Positions 37,250 to 49,677 of a stretch of 64,000 bases of DNA are shown here, piece after piece. How positions within the stretch are numbered: the stretch's first letter is position 1; each line of letters opens with the position of its first letter. Origin of the DNA: Lingula anatina (Eukaryota > Animalia > Brachiopoda); contig CM120644.1 in the NCBI GenBank assembly GCA_051362555.1, positions 11,244,567-11,308,566 on the forward strand, in the 5' to 3' direction. The notes under the pieces are model-generated. The model made no database searches. It worked only from the letters and a program-made list of their open reading frames with translations, and was not told the origin of the DNA. The position numbers were made by a program, and so were the translations under genes.

Positions 37250-40200
37250 CTGAATCAGAGAGAAATTAGGAGAATGTGAAGGGTTATCTGCTCAGCAAGT
37301 GCTTTATTGATCTAAAAGAATGAGCAAAGTAGGCCTATAATGCTTCACACCATCATGGATGTGGGGAATTCAAGACTCACATGTGGTGCACTATTTATTT
37401 GTTAGCAAGTGGTGGCAACTTAGCATATGTGATGCATCCTCTCTTGCTTTACCCTGAATGTAACATATCCTGCAGATATGTACTGTATGTATTACAGCGC
37501 AAAGGATATCACTTAGAACCTCTTCACATCCAGTTTTCTGTCCCACACTATGTTGAATGGCCTTGACATTTAATTACGCTGTGGGGGATTTTACTCTCTT
37601 TCACATGGCCAATCAAATTGAATTTGGTTATCTGACCATGTTGAGCACAGGGGCTCCTTTTCAGTGGCTCTCTCATGTAAAAGCTTCGGGTATTTAGCTG
37701 TCAATCTAACAAACTGGTGCGATACAGAAAACTTTATTACTTAAAGAGAGAGGGATCCAAGTGCTTACTCACCTGAGGAGCTTTGCTGGAACACCTGTAA
37801 CCCTGCTTTGCCATATGTCTTCTCAAATGCTTCAAGCAACTTATCTGTCTGTTCTTTATCCTTGCCTCTAGCTTTGTTAGCCTGCAGTTATTAAAAAAAA
37901 AAAAACATCATAAACCTGACAGATAAATTGTGCTTCTTATATGTGTTTGTTTGTATGCGTATATGTAATTCCTTAATGGCAAAGAAAAAAATCATTGGAC
38001 TCTGTGAAACTAACCAATTCAAGTTTTACTAAGATGCATAACCTAAACAAGAAGTGTTTAACATGGCAAAACATCATCACCTTCTTCTCTTCAGGTCTTC
38101 TGTCCTGAATAATCAGGTTCATATTTAAGTAATGGTTTTATCGATGTATTGATTTCACTGTAAACTAACTATCTTCTACAAGGGACGAGAGTACTTGTGA
38201 CAATTTACTGTAGATAATAGTTATCAATTATTACTGGAGAGAGTAAAAATTACCAATAACGTCTGATGTAACAAAGCTAGCTGCCTTTGGTGGCTATCAG
38301 GTGCCTGAAAAATAAATAAACAAACGGATGTTTTTTTTTTTTTTAATTTACAAGATTGGAACATTAATGGGGGTCAAGGTCGCTATCAAAGAGGGAAGTT
38401 CAAAAGGAAAGTGGCTCTCTACTTTGCGGCAAATTTCATGTGATATGTAGATCCAGAGACCCTGAAAATCGGCAGTGATGATCATGAATGTTGAAAGAAA
38501 ACAGAGGTGCTAAAAATCTGAGACTCCAAAGTTGGCAAGTATGTTTTTTTTACTATCTTTGTTAAAACTGAAAGCTGGACATAAGCATAATGGAGACTCA
38601 GTGAGAAGTGAACAGTACTCAGATCTACTCAGTTACCATCCAGGCCTTTGGCTATAAAAACCTGGTTAGAACAGACATCCACATAACAAGAGAGTGGTAA
38701 TTAACCAATCAAAGTTATAAGGGTACCATTGCATTGTGTGAGAAGACTATGGCATCTAAGCATAGTAAAGCAGAAAATAGAACAATGTCCAGGTTCTTCA
38801 CATGTGACAGTGAGAAAGCAAACAATAAATCACACACAACAGGTGGGAAGCCAAAAAGACCACATTCTGAGGTGGCCAACTCAAGCTCTGATGAAATACA
38901 ATTACTAATGAATGAACTATCTGAAATAAAAAGTGAAACTATTAATAAACCACAGCCTTGACAATACACTAAAGTCAAGGCAACCCGGCTATGAACTCAT
39001 CCATGTAGTGTCCTAGTCCAAAGTACACTCAGAGACATAGTGTCTTCCTTCAGTGCTTGGTCTGAATCAAAATTCACAAGTCAAAGATAATGTCTATAGG
39101 TAATTGGAAAGAATTGTGCAATAACTGCAAACATTGCCATTACTCTGACTGGACTAGTAACAATTAACTAGAATGAAAACAAATTCAGAACAAGTCGATT
39201 CATAGAGCGGATTCTCAACGAATTAAGCCAGGCTTTACAAAGCCGGTGTCCTAAAAATGGCGGACGTACATGAAAGAAAAACCGCCTAATCTTTTAATAG
39301 TCTCTCCGCCGCCCCACATGTCGTCCCTGCGGGGTACAGTAATTAAATCGCGTCTCCGTTCGCCATGCGGAAGCTACCTGAGAAATATTAAGTGCGCATG
39401 CTCATCAGTTAAACTCGTGGTGAAGAAAGCATGGCGGCTGAAGGCGATCGAAGGAAAAAAGCTCTTCTGTTCTATTATCTTTGAAAACAGAGACGAAAAA
39501 GGAATAATTTGGCCCGTAGAGCAGCAATGAATCGACTATCTACGGAGATAATATCACCAGAGATATTCACGGAAATATTAATGTTCGGAGCCGAGATTTA
39601 ATTACTGTACCCCGCAGGGACGACGTGTGGGGAGGCGTGTGAGAGGTGGAGAGACTATTAAAAGATTAGGCGGTTTTTCTTTCATGTACGTCCGCCATTT
39701 TTAGGTCACCGGCTTTGTAAAGCCTGGCTTAATTCGTTGAGAATGCGCTCATAGACTAACAAATTCACAGACTAAATATGGCTGACTCTGTTGTTAGCCA
39801 TCCAGTAGAAAAGGAATGATAAATATGAACAAATGAAATCTGATCCTAGAACTTACATTTAGCCACTGACAGACGTTGCGGTCTCAACCTTTCACTAGGA
39901 AAACGACCTGGATGAACTGGTCACCTGATCTAATGCCATACGGCTAGGAATAGTCTCCTACATGAGACTGCAATGTTGGCCAGTTGCTAAATTAAGTCCC
40001 AGTAACAGTGTTATTCATATTTATCAAGACCATCTTTACTTACAGCTACAGACTGTGCTGCAGCTTGCTCCTGGAGTCTCTTTCTACGTACCTCTCTCCT
40101 AACCTCCTCTAGTCTTTGTTGATGACTGTCAACTGAAAAAATAATAACATATGAATCAAATGGATAAGCAGAATAAATATGTGTTTTAATGGAGTGTTAT

Positions 40201-43200
40201 CACTGATCAGGATAAATGAACCTCCAGCATATAAGAGCACACAGATCTAATCCTGAGTCTCCTTGACAGTGCCTGCTTTTTAAATTCTATAAATTGCTTC
40301 ACTGCTACAAAACAGAAAAAAAAAAAAAAAAAGCATTAAAACTTTGCAATTTGAACCAATAAACAATGCAGAAATTCAATGAAAATCCTTCAGAAAATAC
40401 CTGCAACAGGAGCTTCATCATTGTTTTCACTGCTCTCTGGCTTTGGAGGCCGTCTTCGCCTTCTTTTCTTAGAATCAACAACTCCTTTTCTCTCAGTTTG
40501 CTCATCATCCCTTGAAAAATAATGACCACTGTTATCGTCACCATCATAATTCACTTCGGGATGCACTCCACGCCCACCATCACTGTCATAGTTCACTTCC
40601 GGGTTCAAGTCTGAATCATCATCATTATCCCCATTTGCTGACCCCGGTGACCTTGACCTACTTCCAAACGACCTTGGCCTTTCTCTATGCCTTGCTGGGG
40701 GTCTACGTGTATTGGTGAATTCTTCCCCATAATTCTCAGCAAGCCACCTAACCTCTGGGTTTACATCATCGTCTGCTTCTCCGCCATCTTCACCGCTGAG
40801 ATTTCCAGAGCTGTTGCTGGAAGTCCTGTTCAGCGTCCTTTCAGACTGGACATTATGGAATGATGGCGGCACTGTGGTCACTCTGTTGCTGACTGCTGGA
40901 GATGACTGACTGTGAGCCAATGAAGGTTTGTAAGTGATGATGTACTCTACCAGCAGACGTCGGTTTTCATAAATCACAAATTCGTTGTAGTCACGAGGGC
41001 ATCCCTGAAACACGAGAAGGAAAAGAGAGTTTCTCTGGCTGATTTTTAAACAAAATTATAAAAGATGTATCACAATGGCAAAAATTATCAGTTTAGGAAC
41101 ACAATTTCTGTTATCTTGTTAAAAAATTCTCTAGGGCTTAAAATCACAATGGGATTAATTAAAAATAAAGGCTGAAAATATATATTGATACTTAATTTGA
41201 CATTTTAAATTATATAAATACTCACCAATGAATTAAACAATTAATAGAACATTTTAGTAAATGTTCAGTAACCCATGGAAGGGTCTAACTAAACAACCAA
41301 CAATTATACTGCCATTGAACAAGTAAAAAGACTGGGTTTGTTTTTTTAAACTTGTCAAAATTCCAGTAATTGGTTTACAATAGTTATACATACAGAGATG
41401 AAAATGAATCTTTTAAAATAATCTGGAAAATGCAAATGCTGAAGGTGCATAGCTTCATAGAGGTTTAAGGGGGTATTTGCTGAAATACAACCACCAAAAC
41501 ACCCAAATTTCAGAGTTAATCAAGAAGGGCAAGTTGACTTTGCCTACTTCCAGTAGCTTTTTTTATACTTGTAATAAACCAAGTGGGCTGAAAAGTTGAA
41601 GACACATTGATTTATTTTGTGTCTATCCATACCTTAACAGAATCATAATACTTCCAGTTTCCCTTGGGGTTTTCTTTGGCAGGTTCTCTCACTAAACTAA
41701 GATCCTTTTGGCCTTTTGAGTATATCTGAAATAGACGCTTAGCTTGTGATAGAAGTCCTGGTTTATAGCAATGGAGTGCTTTACCTACTAGGTTTTATAT
41801 ACAATGGAAAAGAAATACTAATTTCAGTTAAAAAATTGATTCCATATTTTCTAGTGTTAAGTTCAGAGACTGGAACAAACATAACACTAGAAAAAACAAC
41901 AACAAAAAAAAAACTTCCCTTTTTCTACTGATTGTTTGTTTTAAGCATTTCCTGATACAATCAAGCAACTCCCCAAAAAATTTTTTACACATAAAATTGG
42001 CAATAATAATCCAAAAGAAAAAAAAACTCTGAGCGTGGTAATTTACAGAAAAAATTCAATATTCTATCTTTCTTTACTCATAACTAATTTTTTTCATCAT
42101 TTGGAGGAAAAATCACTTAAAAATTGCAATTCAACAAAAATTAGACATTTTTAAGTTTTATTCTTTTCTCTTACAAACCTTCATATCACCAAGCAGCACC
42201 CGGCACTTCAATATATAGGGCTGTCCACTCTCTTGGCCACTACTTTGACCACTGGAATACTTCAGACACTTCAGAGGGTTGTCACTGTAGACAAAACATA
42301 AAATGATTTAGTCCACTCTTCAGGCACTCTTTCCTGTTCAGTTTACCTCCCATGCTAATACTCATTTATAAATGTGAAAAAAAAAAAAAATAAATAAATA
42401 AATAATAATAATAATAATAATAATTTTAAAATCAATCAATCAAATAATCAATCAAACAATCAAGAAAAATTAAAAATAAACTAAGAAATTTTTTCCACTT
42501 TTCTTACTTAGGCGTATCTTTTTCAACTAGCCAAGGAGGGGAGTTTATCTAAACAAAATACTGTCAACTAAGGAGGGACATGCAGGGGCAGATTCAGAGA
42601 TATTTTCTGACAGCTCATCCTCCATTTTTGACCATCTTCCAACAGAAAAAATAAGATGTTGTCAATGTAATCTTGCAAAATTCTGTCCGTCTTACAGAAG
42701 ACCCAGAAGATGACCTTGGTCTGCCCCTGACATGTGCTCACCTGAAATATGTGCCCTTTCCAAAATGTCCTTTCCTGCTGAGCCTGAAGTCCAGTCCCTC
42801 TTCACACATCTGACATTTGTCCACCGTTGTCCCATGGTACAAGTAACGCTCGTTGAGCTCAAATTCTGGAAAAAAAAGAGGATCATGACATATTTAGATG
42901 ACGTGTCTAGTGCAGGTAACACATTCCACTTGAAACCCGAATTATCCATCCACACTTAAAACTGAACCATAATAAGATATTTATTATATTTGTATGACGA
43001 GTGTAAGCACAAGAAGTGTTTGACAAGGAAATAAGTGTCACATGTGGGAGCAGACCAACAAGCTGATATCCAGCTGTTTGACCTGTCACAAGACGATGGG
43101 TCACTGTCACTCATTTCTCCCTTGAAGATAGGTGGTGGGAATTGAAACTCTGGATTGTTTCTTACTTCAAAAGTCTAGTATCAGATTTTTTAATTTCTTT

Positions 43201-44743
43201 GATGTGCTTACCTTCGGGTCTTCTCTCACTCATATGTCCCATCTCAGTCTTATATTTTTGCAGCAGTCCCCAGTTCTGGACCCTCTCCACACTGACCACC
43301 TCAATACCAACATGCCCAAACTCCTCTCTGATCTTCTTGCACTCGAAGTTATCGTTCGGTAGTTTAAATAATTTGTAAGAGGTCTCAGAACTGTCACTGC
43401 CCTTCTCCCAATTAACTGGCAGACCAGTGGAGGTGCTTAATGGGAAAGGTTTCAAGAGGGGTTCAAAATCAGCACTGTCGTGATTGGCTGTTGCCATGGT
43501 CACAGGGTACCTCGTTGTCCTGGCAACAGAAGGTCTTGATGTTTGTGACTGGCTGGAAGACTGATGATATTGAGAAAACTGACTGGCTGCTGATATGGAT
43601 GGTGCGTAATGATGCTGTGCCTCACTTTCTGAGGAAATGTTTTGAAGAGAACTTGTCCTTTCCTTCCTTTCCTCTTCTTTTATAAAACCAGAATTTGCAC
43701 TTGTGTATATATCTTCTTCTTCGCTCTCTACCTGACCTGGTAAGTCTTCGTTACTGCAAAGATTAAAGTCTGGGTTATAAGCACCATATGTATTTTCCGG
43801 ATTTGATTCAATTACCCACTCTACTTCCTCTTCATCACTGCCACTGTGATGAAGAACAGGAAAATCCTCACTAAAATCAACATTCTGGGCCTCGTTTTCA
43901 TCCAGCGAATGAGGAGCTGAACCTTCACAACTGCTGGGCTGTGATTCGGTTTCAGAATCTCCAGCATGTGTAGGATATTCTGCTTCATAATCACCAGTGT
44001 GAAAAGGATATTCTGTATCAGAATCTTCAGTGTGTGTGGGATATTTTGCTTCATAATCACCAGCGTGAAAGGGATATTCTGTATCAGAATCTTCAGTGTG
44101 CGGGCTCTGGAAATACATATATTCAAGCAAATTTGCAAAGCCAAGCTTGTGAAGCCATAGGATTCTAAGCGTGCAGGAAAAAAATAATCAAAAGCATAAA
44201 TAATCATGATAATATAGATGCATAAAAACATTATTTTTTCAACAGTTATTTTAAAAACATTATATCTCTAGGCAAAAGAAAAAAGGCAACAGATATGTTA
44301 TAATGTTTCTGATCTGGTCTCTAAGTCTAAATTCTGCAATGTATAATCTACATATAAACTATCTTTGGAGAAGATTTCTTCAGTTATTACAATAACAGAG
44401 GCCTTTTTCACAAAAGAAAAACAACATTTGACAGGATCTTTTTATCAACTTCCCCTGATATTATAAAACAGTCAGAAGTGGACTACTATGCTGATGTATT
44501 TGGCACAGCAGGCTGTTTAGTATAAAAATCAAGTCCAACTTTTTGTCTGATGTCCCTTTTGAAATCAGCCTCAGTTCATAGTGAAAACAGTTTAACAGAT
44601 TGCAATTTACTGGTCAAACCTCTTACCTGACTCTCCAGCATACTCATAGCAAGTGCTGTCTGAAGCTGAATATCTTCCATGTCATCTGTGGTTAATTGAA
44701 AGTTGGCCAAGCTAAAGTCTCTCTCATCATTCCCTGTGTTCAT
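36963..44743 (-). CDS. PARP-family ADP-ribosyltransferase: UIM - acidic region - PARP catalytic domain (H-Y-E) - low complexity - helical region - UBA-like (~807 aa)
   Basis: Nine phase-compatible exons sum to 2,424 nt: 44743-44627, 44106-43212, 42865-42742, 42284-42179, 41725-41633, 41004-40401, 40132-40044, 37881-37773, 37249-36963. Confidence 0.85.
37773..37881 (-). CDS. PARP coding exon 8
   Basis: ANKARGKDKEQTDKLLEAFEKTYGK...; phase 0 to 1, GTGAGT donor. Confidence 0.72.
39205..39750. mobile_element. Foldback-type non-autonomous DNA transposon in a PARP intron
   Basis: ~150-bp near-perfect TIRs (GAGCGGATTCTCAACGAATTAAGCC... / ...GGCTTAATTCGTTGAGAATGCGCTC); ATA on both flanks. Confidence 0.85.
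40044..40132 (-). CDS. PARP coding exon 7 (charged helix)
   Basis: VDSHQQRLEEVRREVRRKRLQEQAAAQSVA; phase 1 to 0, GTAAGT donor. Confidence 0.7.
40401..41004 (-). CDS. PARP coding exon 6: catalytic Glu and disordered tail with a basic NLS-like stretch
   Basis: GCPRDYNEFVIYENRRLLVEYIITY; KKRRRRRPPK. Confidence 0.9.
41633..41725 (-). CDS. PARP coding exon 5
   Basis: IYSKGQKDLSLVREP...YYDSVK (YDSV motif). Confidence 0.88.
42179..42284 (-). CDS. PARP coding exon 4
   Basis: DNPLKCLKYS...YILKCRVLLGDMK. Confidence 0.9.
42742..42865 (-). CDS. PARP coding exon 3: NAD-binding His and Tyr motifs
   Basis: LNERYLYHGT...EEGLDFRLSRKGHFGKGTYFS. Confidence 0.92.
43212..44106 (-). CDS. PARP coding exon 2: acidic repeats and start of the catalytic domain
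   Basis: Lies in the 322-aa ORF; ttccAG acceptor in phase 0; ends ...IEVVSVERVQNWGLLQKY...RRPE, GTAAG donor. Confidence 0.82.
44627..44743 (-). CDS. PARP coding exon 1 with ubiquitin-interacting motif
   Basis: MNTGND...DMEDIQLQTALAMSMLESQ fits the UIM consensus (acidic-L-x-x-A-L-x-x-S-x-x-E); GTAAG donor in phase 0. Confidence 0.78.
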
Positions 44744-44838
44744 GATGACTGGCCAGAACCTGCAACATATAAACATGAAAAATAATCCAGTCACACTGGT
44801 TTTACGTCTATATTATAATGCTATGAATCAGTCCTAAG

Positions 44839-45512
44839 CACGCTCGGCTGTCACCTTGATTGGATAGTAAACGATTGGCGTAATATCACTAAATGATTTT
44901 AGAAACGGGTGCATAAACTTGAAAACCACCTAGAACAACCTTAGACTGCCATATTAATCCAATACAATGCAAAAATAAACTATAACGCTTGAGTCGGTCC
45001 TCTCTAACCTCCCATTACACCGGGCTAACGAAAAAGAAGCCATGCCATTGGACAGGTATTTGCAATGCTACCTCTGCGGTTTGTGGAGAGGACAGACTCA
45101 AGTGTCAAAGCGGGAATTTGGATTTACGGTTTGATTGTGCGTATGCCATGCACGGAATTAACAAACGAGCGATGGGATGATGTAGCCTGCGGCATTTGCG
45201 GTAAGCGTGTCAAGTTTTAGGCTGCTCCGATGCCCGGCAGTATTTTATTTCGATTATTATGTTAAATTTTGTGGAATCTTGTTTCACAAGCTTACTCTAT
45301 TTTATTGTCTCTATGGAGGTATATGGGGACTTTACGACATTCGGCTTGAAGGCTTTAACCACTTGTTATAGTTTATTTTTGCATTGTATTGGATTAATGT
45401 GGCAGTCTAAGGTTGTTCTAGGTGGTTTTCAAGTTTATGCACCCGTTTCTAAAATCATTTAGTGATATTACGACAATTGTTTACTATCCAATCAAGGTGA
45501 CAGCCGAGCGTG
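44839..45512. mobile_element. Non-autonomous DNA transposon with 8-bp TSD (hAT- or P-like)
   Basis: ~148-bp TIRs with CA...TG ends; GTCCTAAG at 44831-44838 and 45513-45520. Confidence 0.88.
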
Positions 45513-46029
45513 GTCCTAAGCATAATAAGTACACAATGCTATGAATCAGTCTTAAGCATAATAAGTACATAAATTTTGTGTTTACTGGTAACATACATCG
45601 TAGAAATCATAATTTTTTCAAAGGTTCATTGGTCCGAAGGTTCCATAATGAACATTCAGACCAATGGACCTTCGGACTATTGCTACGGCCCCGACATTAA
45701 GGCAAATCCCTTTTAAGTCTTGTCCACCATGTATATCTGGCTCCACCTCCAACTCTAAGAGTGACTTGTGGGAACAGTCAGTACCTCTCCTCCCTGCATA
45801 CGCCTCTGTCCTACATGGATTAAGGAGCTAACACGTTCGTTGGATATAGAAAAAGGAAGGATTGCTAGATACGAAAGAGAAACCTGACTGCACTACAGTA
45901 CACTGTACAGACTAGCAACACTTGTCTACACCATTTTCTGCCTCAAGATTGCAGTCCCCTGTCAGGACTGTCAAGAGTGGCATCGAGATGTTGAGCCAAA
46001 ATACAATTACAATCAGAAAAAGAACTTAC

Positions 46030-46697
46030 AAACTTTACCAAGAGTTTCCTCTGCGTTTGTTTCTTATAACTTCAACTTCGGTTTTTTGGTCACACTGCTT
46101 TGGTTTCAAGGAAGTCACATTATTGCTTTCGATCTCTCTGGGAGTAGAAATGTTTCGAGGCGTTTGATTGGCCAATAATTTCCGCGGGAACCAACCACGA
46201 GTAACTTTGCACTCAGACCTCGCACCTGTCACGGATTCTCGGGATTCCCAGCGACAAATATTGCGATTTTTTAAGTTTAAGTTAGGAGGAATATTCTTAT
46301 TTATAGTCTTCACACTGCTCCGAAGATTTGCATGCGATCAGTGCAAGCCGGAGAGGAGTTTGAATATTTTCTTTAATTTTGCTGGGTGCATGTGAATGAC
46401 GTCACAACCTTCATCGACAACAAAGTTGAGAGACGAGAAATAGAAATTTTGACGACGGAAAAAACACGCCTTTGCTTCCACATCTGGGCAATCGCGCTCC
46501 ACGGAAGCGAGTTGAGACTTCAAAGTCTTACTTCGTAGGAAATTGGCCAACTTTAACTCGATAGAAGTGGTGAAAGGACGAGTTGAAAATGAGTGTTCAG
46601 TCTGGCGGTAGTGGTTCTGCGACGCCATCTTGGGCAGTAAATTCGGGTGCTCCTCCTCGAAAAGCCCAAAATCAACCCAAGTCGCCGGCGAGAGACG
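46030..46697. promoter_or_regulatory. CpG-rich bidirectional promoter with divergent non-coding first exons
   Basis: Local CpG enrichment; minus-strand donor at 46029-46025; plus-strand donor GTAAGA at 46698; ATTGGCCAAT (CCAAT on both strands) ~46167-46176; YY1-like CGCCATCTT 46623-46631. Confidence 0.6.
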
Positions 46698-49515
46698 GTA
46701 AGATCTATATTATACATTGAAGACGCAATTTGCTTTATTTTGATGTAAAAATATTCATGTTTAATATGTAGGATAGGGAGAGAATGTGGGTGTTTTCCCG
46801 TCGTTATTTGCCACATGTCTGATTTCCCGAGCGAAATCTGCAACAAAACTCCATCCCATAATACGAGTTTCTATTTTTGGCTTTCCGCCCCGGTTTTGAC
46901 CTAATTGTCAATGACCTAGTTTTATAAATGATCAACAGCCATGTGGTGTCGTGGAAATTTCCTATAATCATTGTGTAAGAAGTTAGTTGCCCGTAGAAAT
47001 TGCTCCGTGAATTTAGTTATTTGCTGAATTGCTCGTTCAAAATGTTTGTCACACTTTGTAATTCAAGTAGACATGTTTGTTGACATTGTTATTGCACTTA
47101 ACTCAATTACATAATTGTGTTGTTAAATTGGTAAACAAACCCCTGAAGAGATAGGAAATGAATTAAGTACAGTCCTTGTTGATTATAATGTTAAGTTTAG
47201 AATAAATAACAAATGGGGTTCCATACAAGTTTGCAAATATTTATGGAAATAGATAATGATATAGGAAGAAAAGTTAATAATGTACAGACCGTCCTTGTGT
47301 CCTAAATGAGAAATGCACATCATTATTTCAAAGTATTTGCATGCTTACCCTTATCAAACCTACACAATTACTTTTGTATACAGTGCCCTTCTAAGCGCGA
47401 AGGTGGATTATGATTTAATGATGTGTGTACATATTTATTTACATCCAAAATGTTCAGGATGTATCTAGATTAGAAATTCAGACTTAAGTGTTTTAATTAT
47501 CAGCTGAGCTCATAGAGAATTCAGATATATGGTCCATAGTGGAGTGTTTTAGTCTTTTAGTGGATGACATTCAGCGCAATGAAAAACATTTCGATGGTAG
47601 AATCGGACAGTAGATCCTTGATTGTCATTCTTATTTGCTTATTCCTTTTGGGGTAAAAAAGCGAATTCATCTTTTAATTCTTTCTTTTTGTTTTTTGTTT
47701 AAATGCATTATTTGTAATTTTCTTTTTCATCAAGGACAGCATATATTATAGTGCTTCTAGCAATTTTCCTCCTTTTTTCTAAATAAACTATGTTTAAAAA
47801 AAGTGAATTCGGCAGTTACCACCATGTAATTGACGAAATCTAGATTGATTGACATATATTGATTGACGGACTGATTAGTTGGTTGATTTACAGATGTATC
47901 CTCAGATGTTTAGGTATGCTGCTTAAGAGAAGCTTCTAGAAGTTAAGGAGTCTTGAAATAAAAGTTTGTATTTTTGTTGAAGTAGATTCCTTTTGACATT
48001 AGTTTTCTCAAAATTATTTGAGCTTGAGTGTGATGCTGCAGTTACCAGTTTTCTAAGAACTACGAATTTAAAACACCTTAATTTGCATATAAATAGTTTG
48101 AAGATTTTTCAATTTTGGTTACTTTAATTTTGTGGAAATTGCAATTCTAACATATAGAATCCACCCCCCACATCATTTGAGAAATCCACATCATTTGAGA
48201 AATTTTGAATAGTGTGTTTTTGTACAAGACATTTTGAGAATAAATGACGTGTCAAATTTGTTTAAATTCAGGGAGTATATTCAACAGTTTCACATGTTGA
48301 ATCATAAGATAATGTTTTATCAAACATTTAAGCATGGCAAACATTAAAACTTTGCCTTGACATCATTGTATATAATAATAGATAGCGTGTTGCCGTGATA
48401 TGTATATATCTGTTAAAATTAACTGTACAGATTATTGTGATAGAAATAAGATAATGAATTTGAAATGTTAGAATTGATCAGCTGTTTTGTCTTGGTTGTT
48501 ATTCTGATATTTGTGCTAATTTCATCATAGCTGCCTGGGTGAAGGTTTCCAGGAGTATGCCTGATTTCAGGATTCTCATTCTTAGTTTTGATAGTTGTTA
48601 TGAATTATCATATGGCTTAAATGCTATGAGAAATATCCCCCCTAGGTAGGCAAGATCTTCAATACAGATTGTAATGACCAGGCGTCTAACTCATAAATAT
48701 AACGCACATTATTGCACTTATTGTAAAGCCTAGTAAACGTATTTGAAATTTAGACTTAAAATAAATATATAACCATATAGTATATTATTATTATTAATTA
48801 TTAAGAAATTACAAGCTTCATTGTCAAGATTTTTCGGTTTTTACAAGTTTCACCCATTTTGCTGTTGACATGCAGTGCTGATGCCTTCAAGTTGACAGAT
48901 GCAAAGTGGTAGAACATTGAGCTAGATATTGTGGAAAATGATTGAAATGATTGATTACATCTTTGGTGAAGGCCTGTATTGATATTTGTATAAATTGAAG
49001 TGTCCAGATAATCAGTTTCTTTTTCACATAGATTTAAAATATCATTTAATGCATGGGGGACTTCCATGTTAATATGAGGTTATTAAAAATGCTTAGATAC
49101 AGAGATTTGATCAGTGATTTGCCTGAGATTGATTGCTGTACTGTGCTGAGGACCAAGAGAATTCAAACACTTTTCGCTATCAGAAATCATTGGAAACAAA
49201 TTTCAATGAACTTATAACTTATTAGTGTGGATTAAGACATTAATGTTGTGTTTCCAGTCATTATGATGACTGAACGTAGCACATTCTCACCTAGCTGACT
49301 TTGTAATCTAGTTATCATAAATAGCCAGTATACATTGCTGTCCTGTACGTTTCCATTGTAATTGAAATATCCTGTTAGTTCATCGCTCTATGGAAAATGA
49401 TTGTAATTATACATTTAGTGTTAAGACTGATGACTAAATTAGTAAATTAAAAGGTAGCTCGACTGGAAATGCAGCCTAACATAGACACAGCATGGGGTTG
49501 ATGTATAAAGTCTTA

Positions 49516-49677
49516 GGCCCCATTCAGAATAGGGGACTAACTAGTCTGAGGGTCAAATATGGCCGACCCACTTGAATACTTTCCCATGGGATATCTATTC
49601 AGTGTCTTTAGATGGCAAGCTTTGTAGTGGGTCGCTTTGACCCTTGGGCTTGTAAGTCCCCTATTCTGAATGGTGCC
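49516..49677. mobile_element. MITE family 1 copy
   Basis: GGCCCCATTCAGAATAGGGGACT...AGTCCCCTATTCTGAATGGTGCC; TTA TSD. Confidence 0.8.

Noticed and set aside
44107-44164. Upstream acceptor extending PARP exon 2
   Set aside because: Phase 2, incompatible with the phase-0 donor of the UIM exon; the acceptor at 44106 fits.
46338-46628. 96-aa minus-strand ORF starting at AAGATGGCG
   Set aside because: No recognisable motif or splice link; the ATG lies within a YY1-like promoter motif.
47894-47913. 20-nt micro-exon candidate ATGTATCCTCAGATGTTTAG
   Set aside because: It has AG/GT flanks, but its ATGs would be out of frame with the TLK-like exon; at best a UTR/uORF exon and unsupported.
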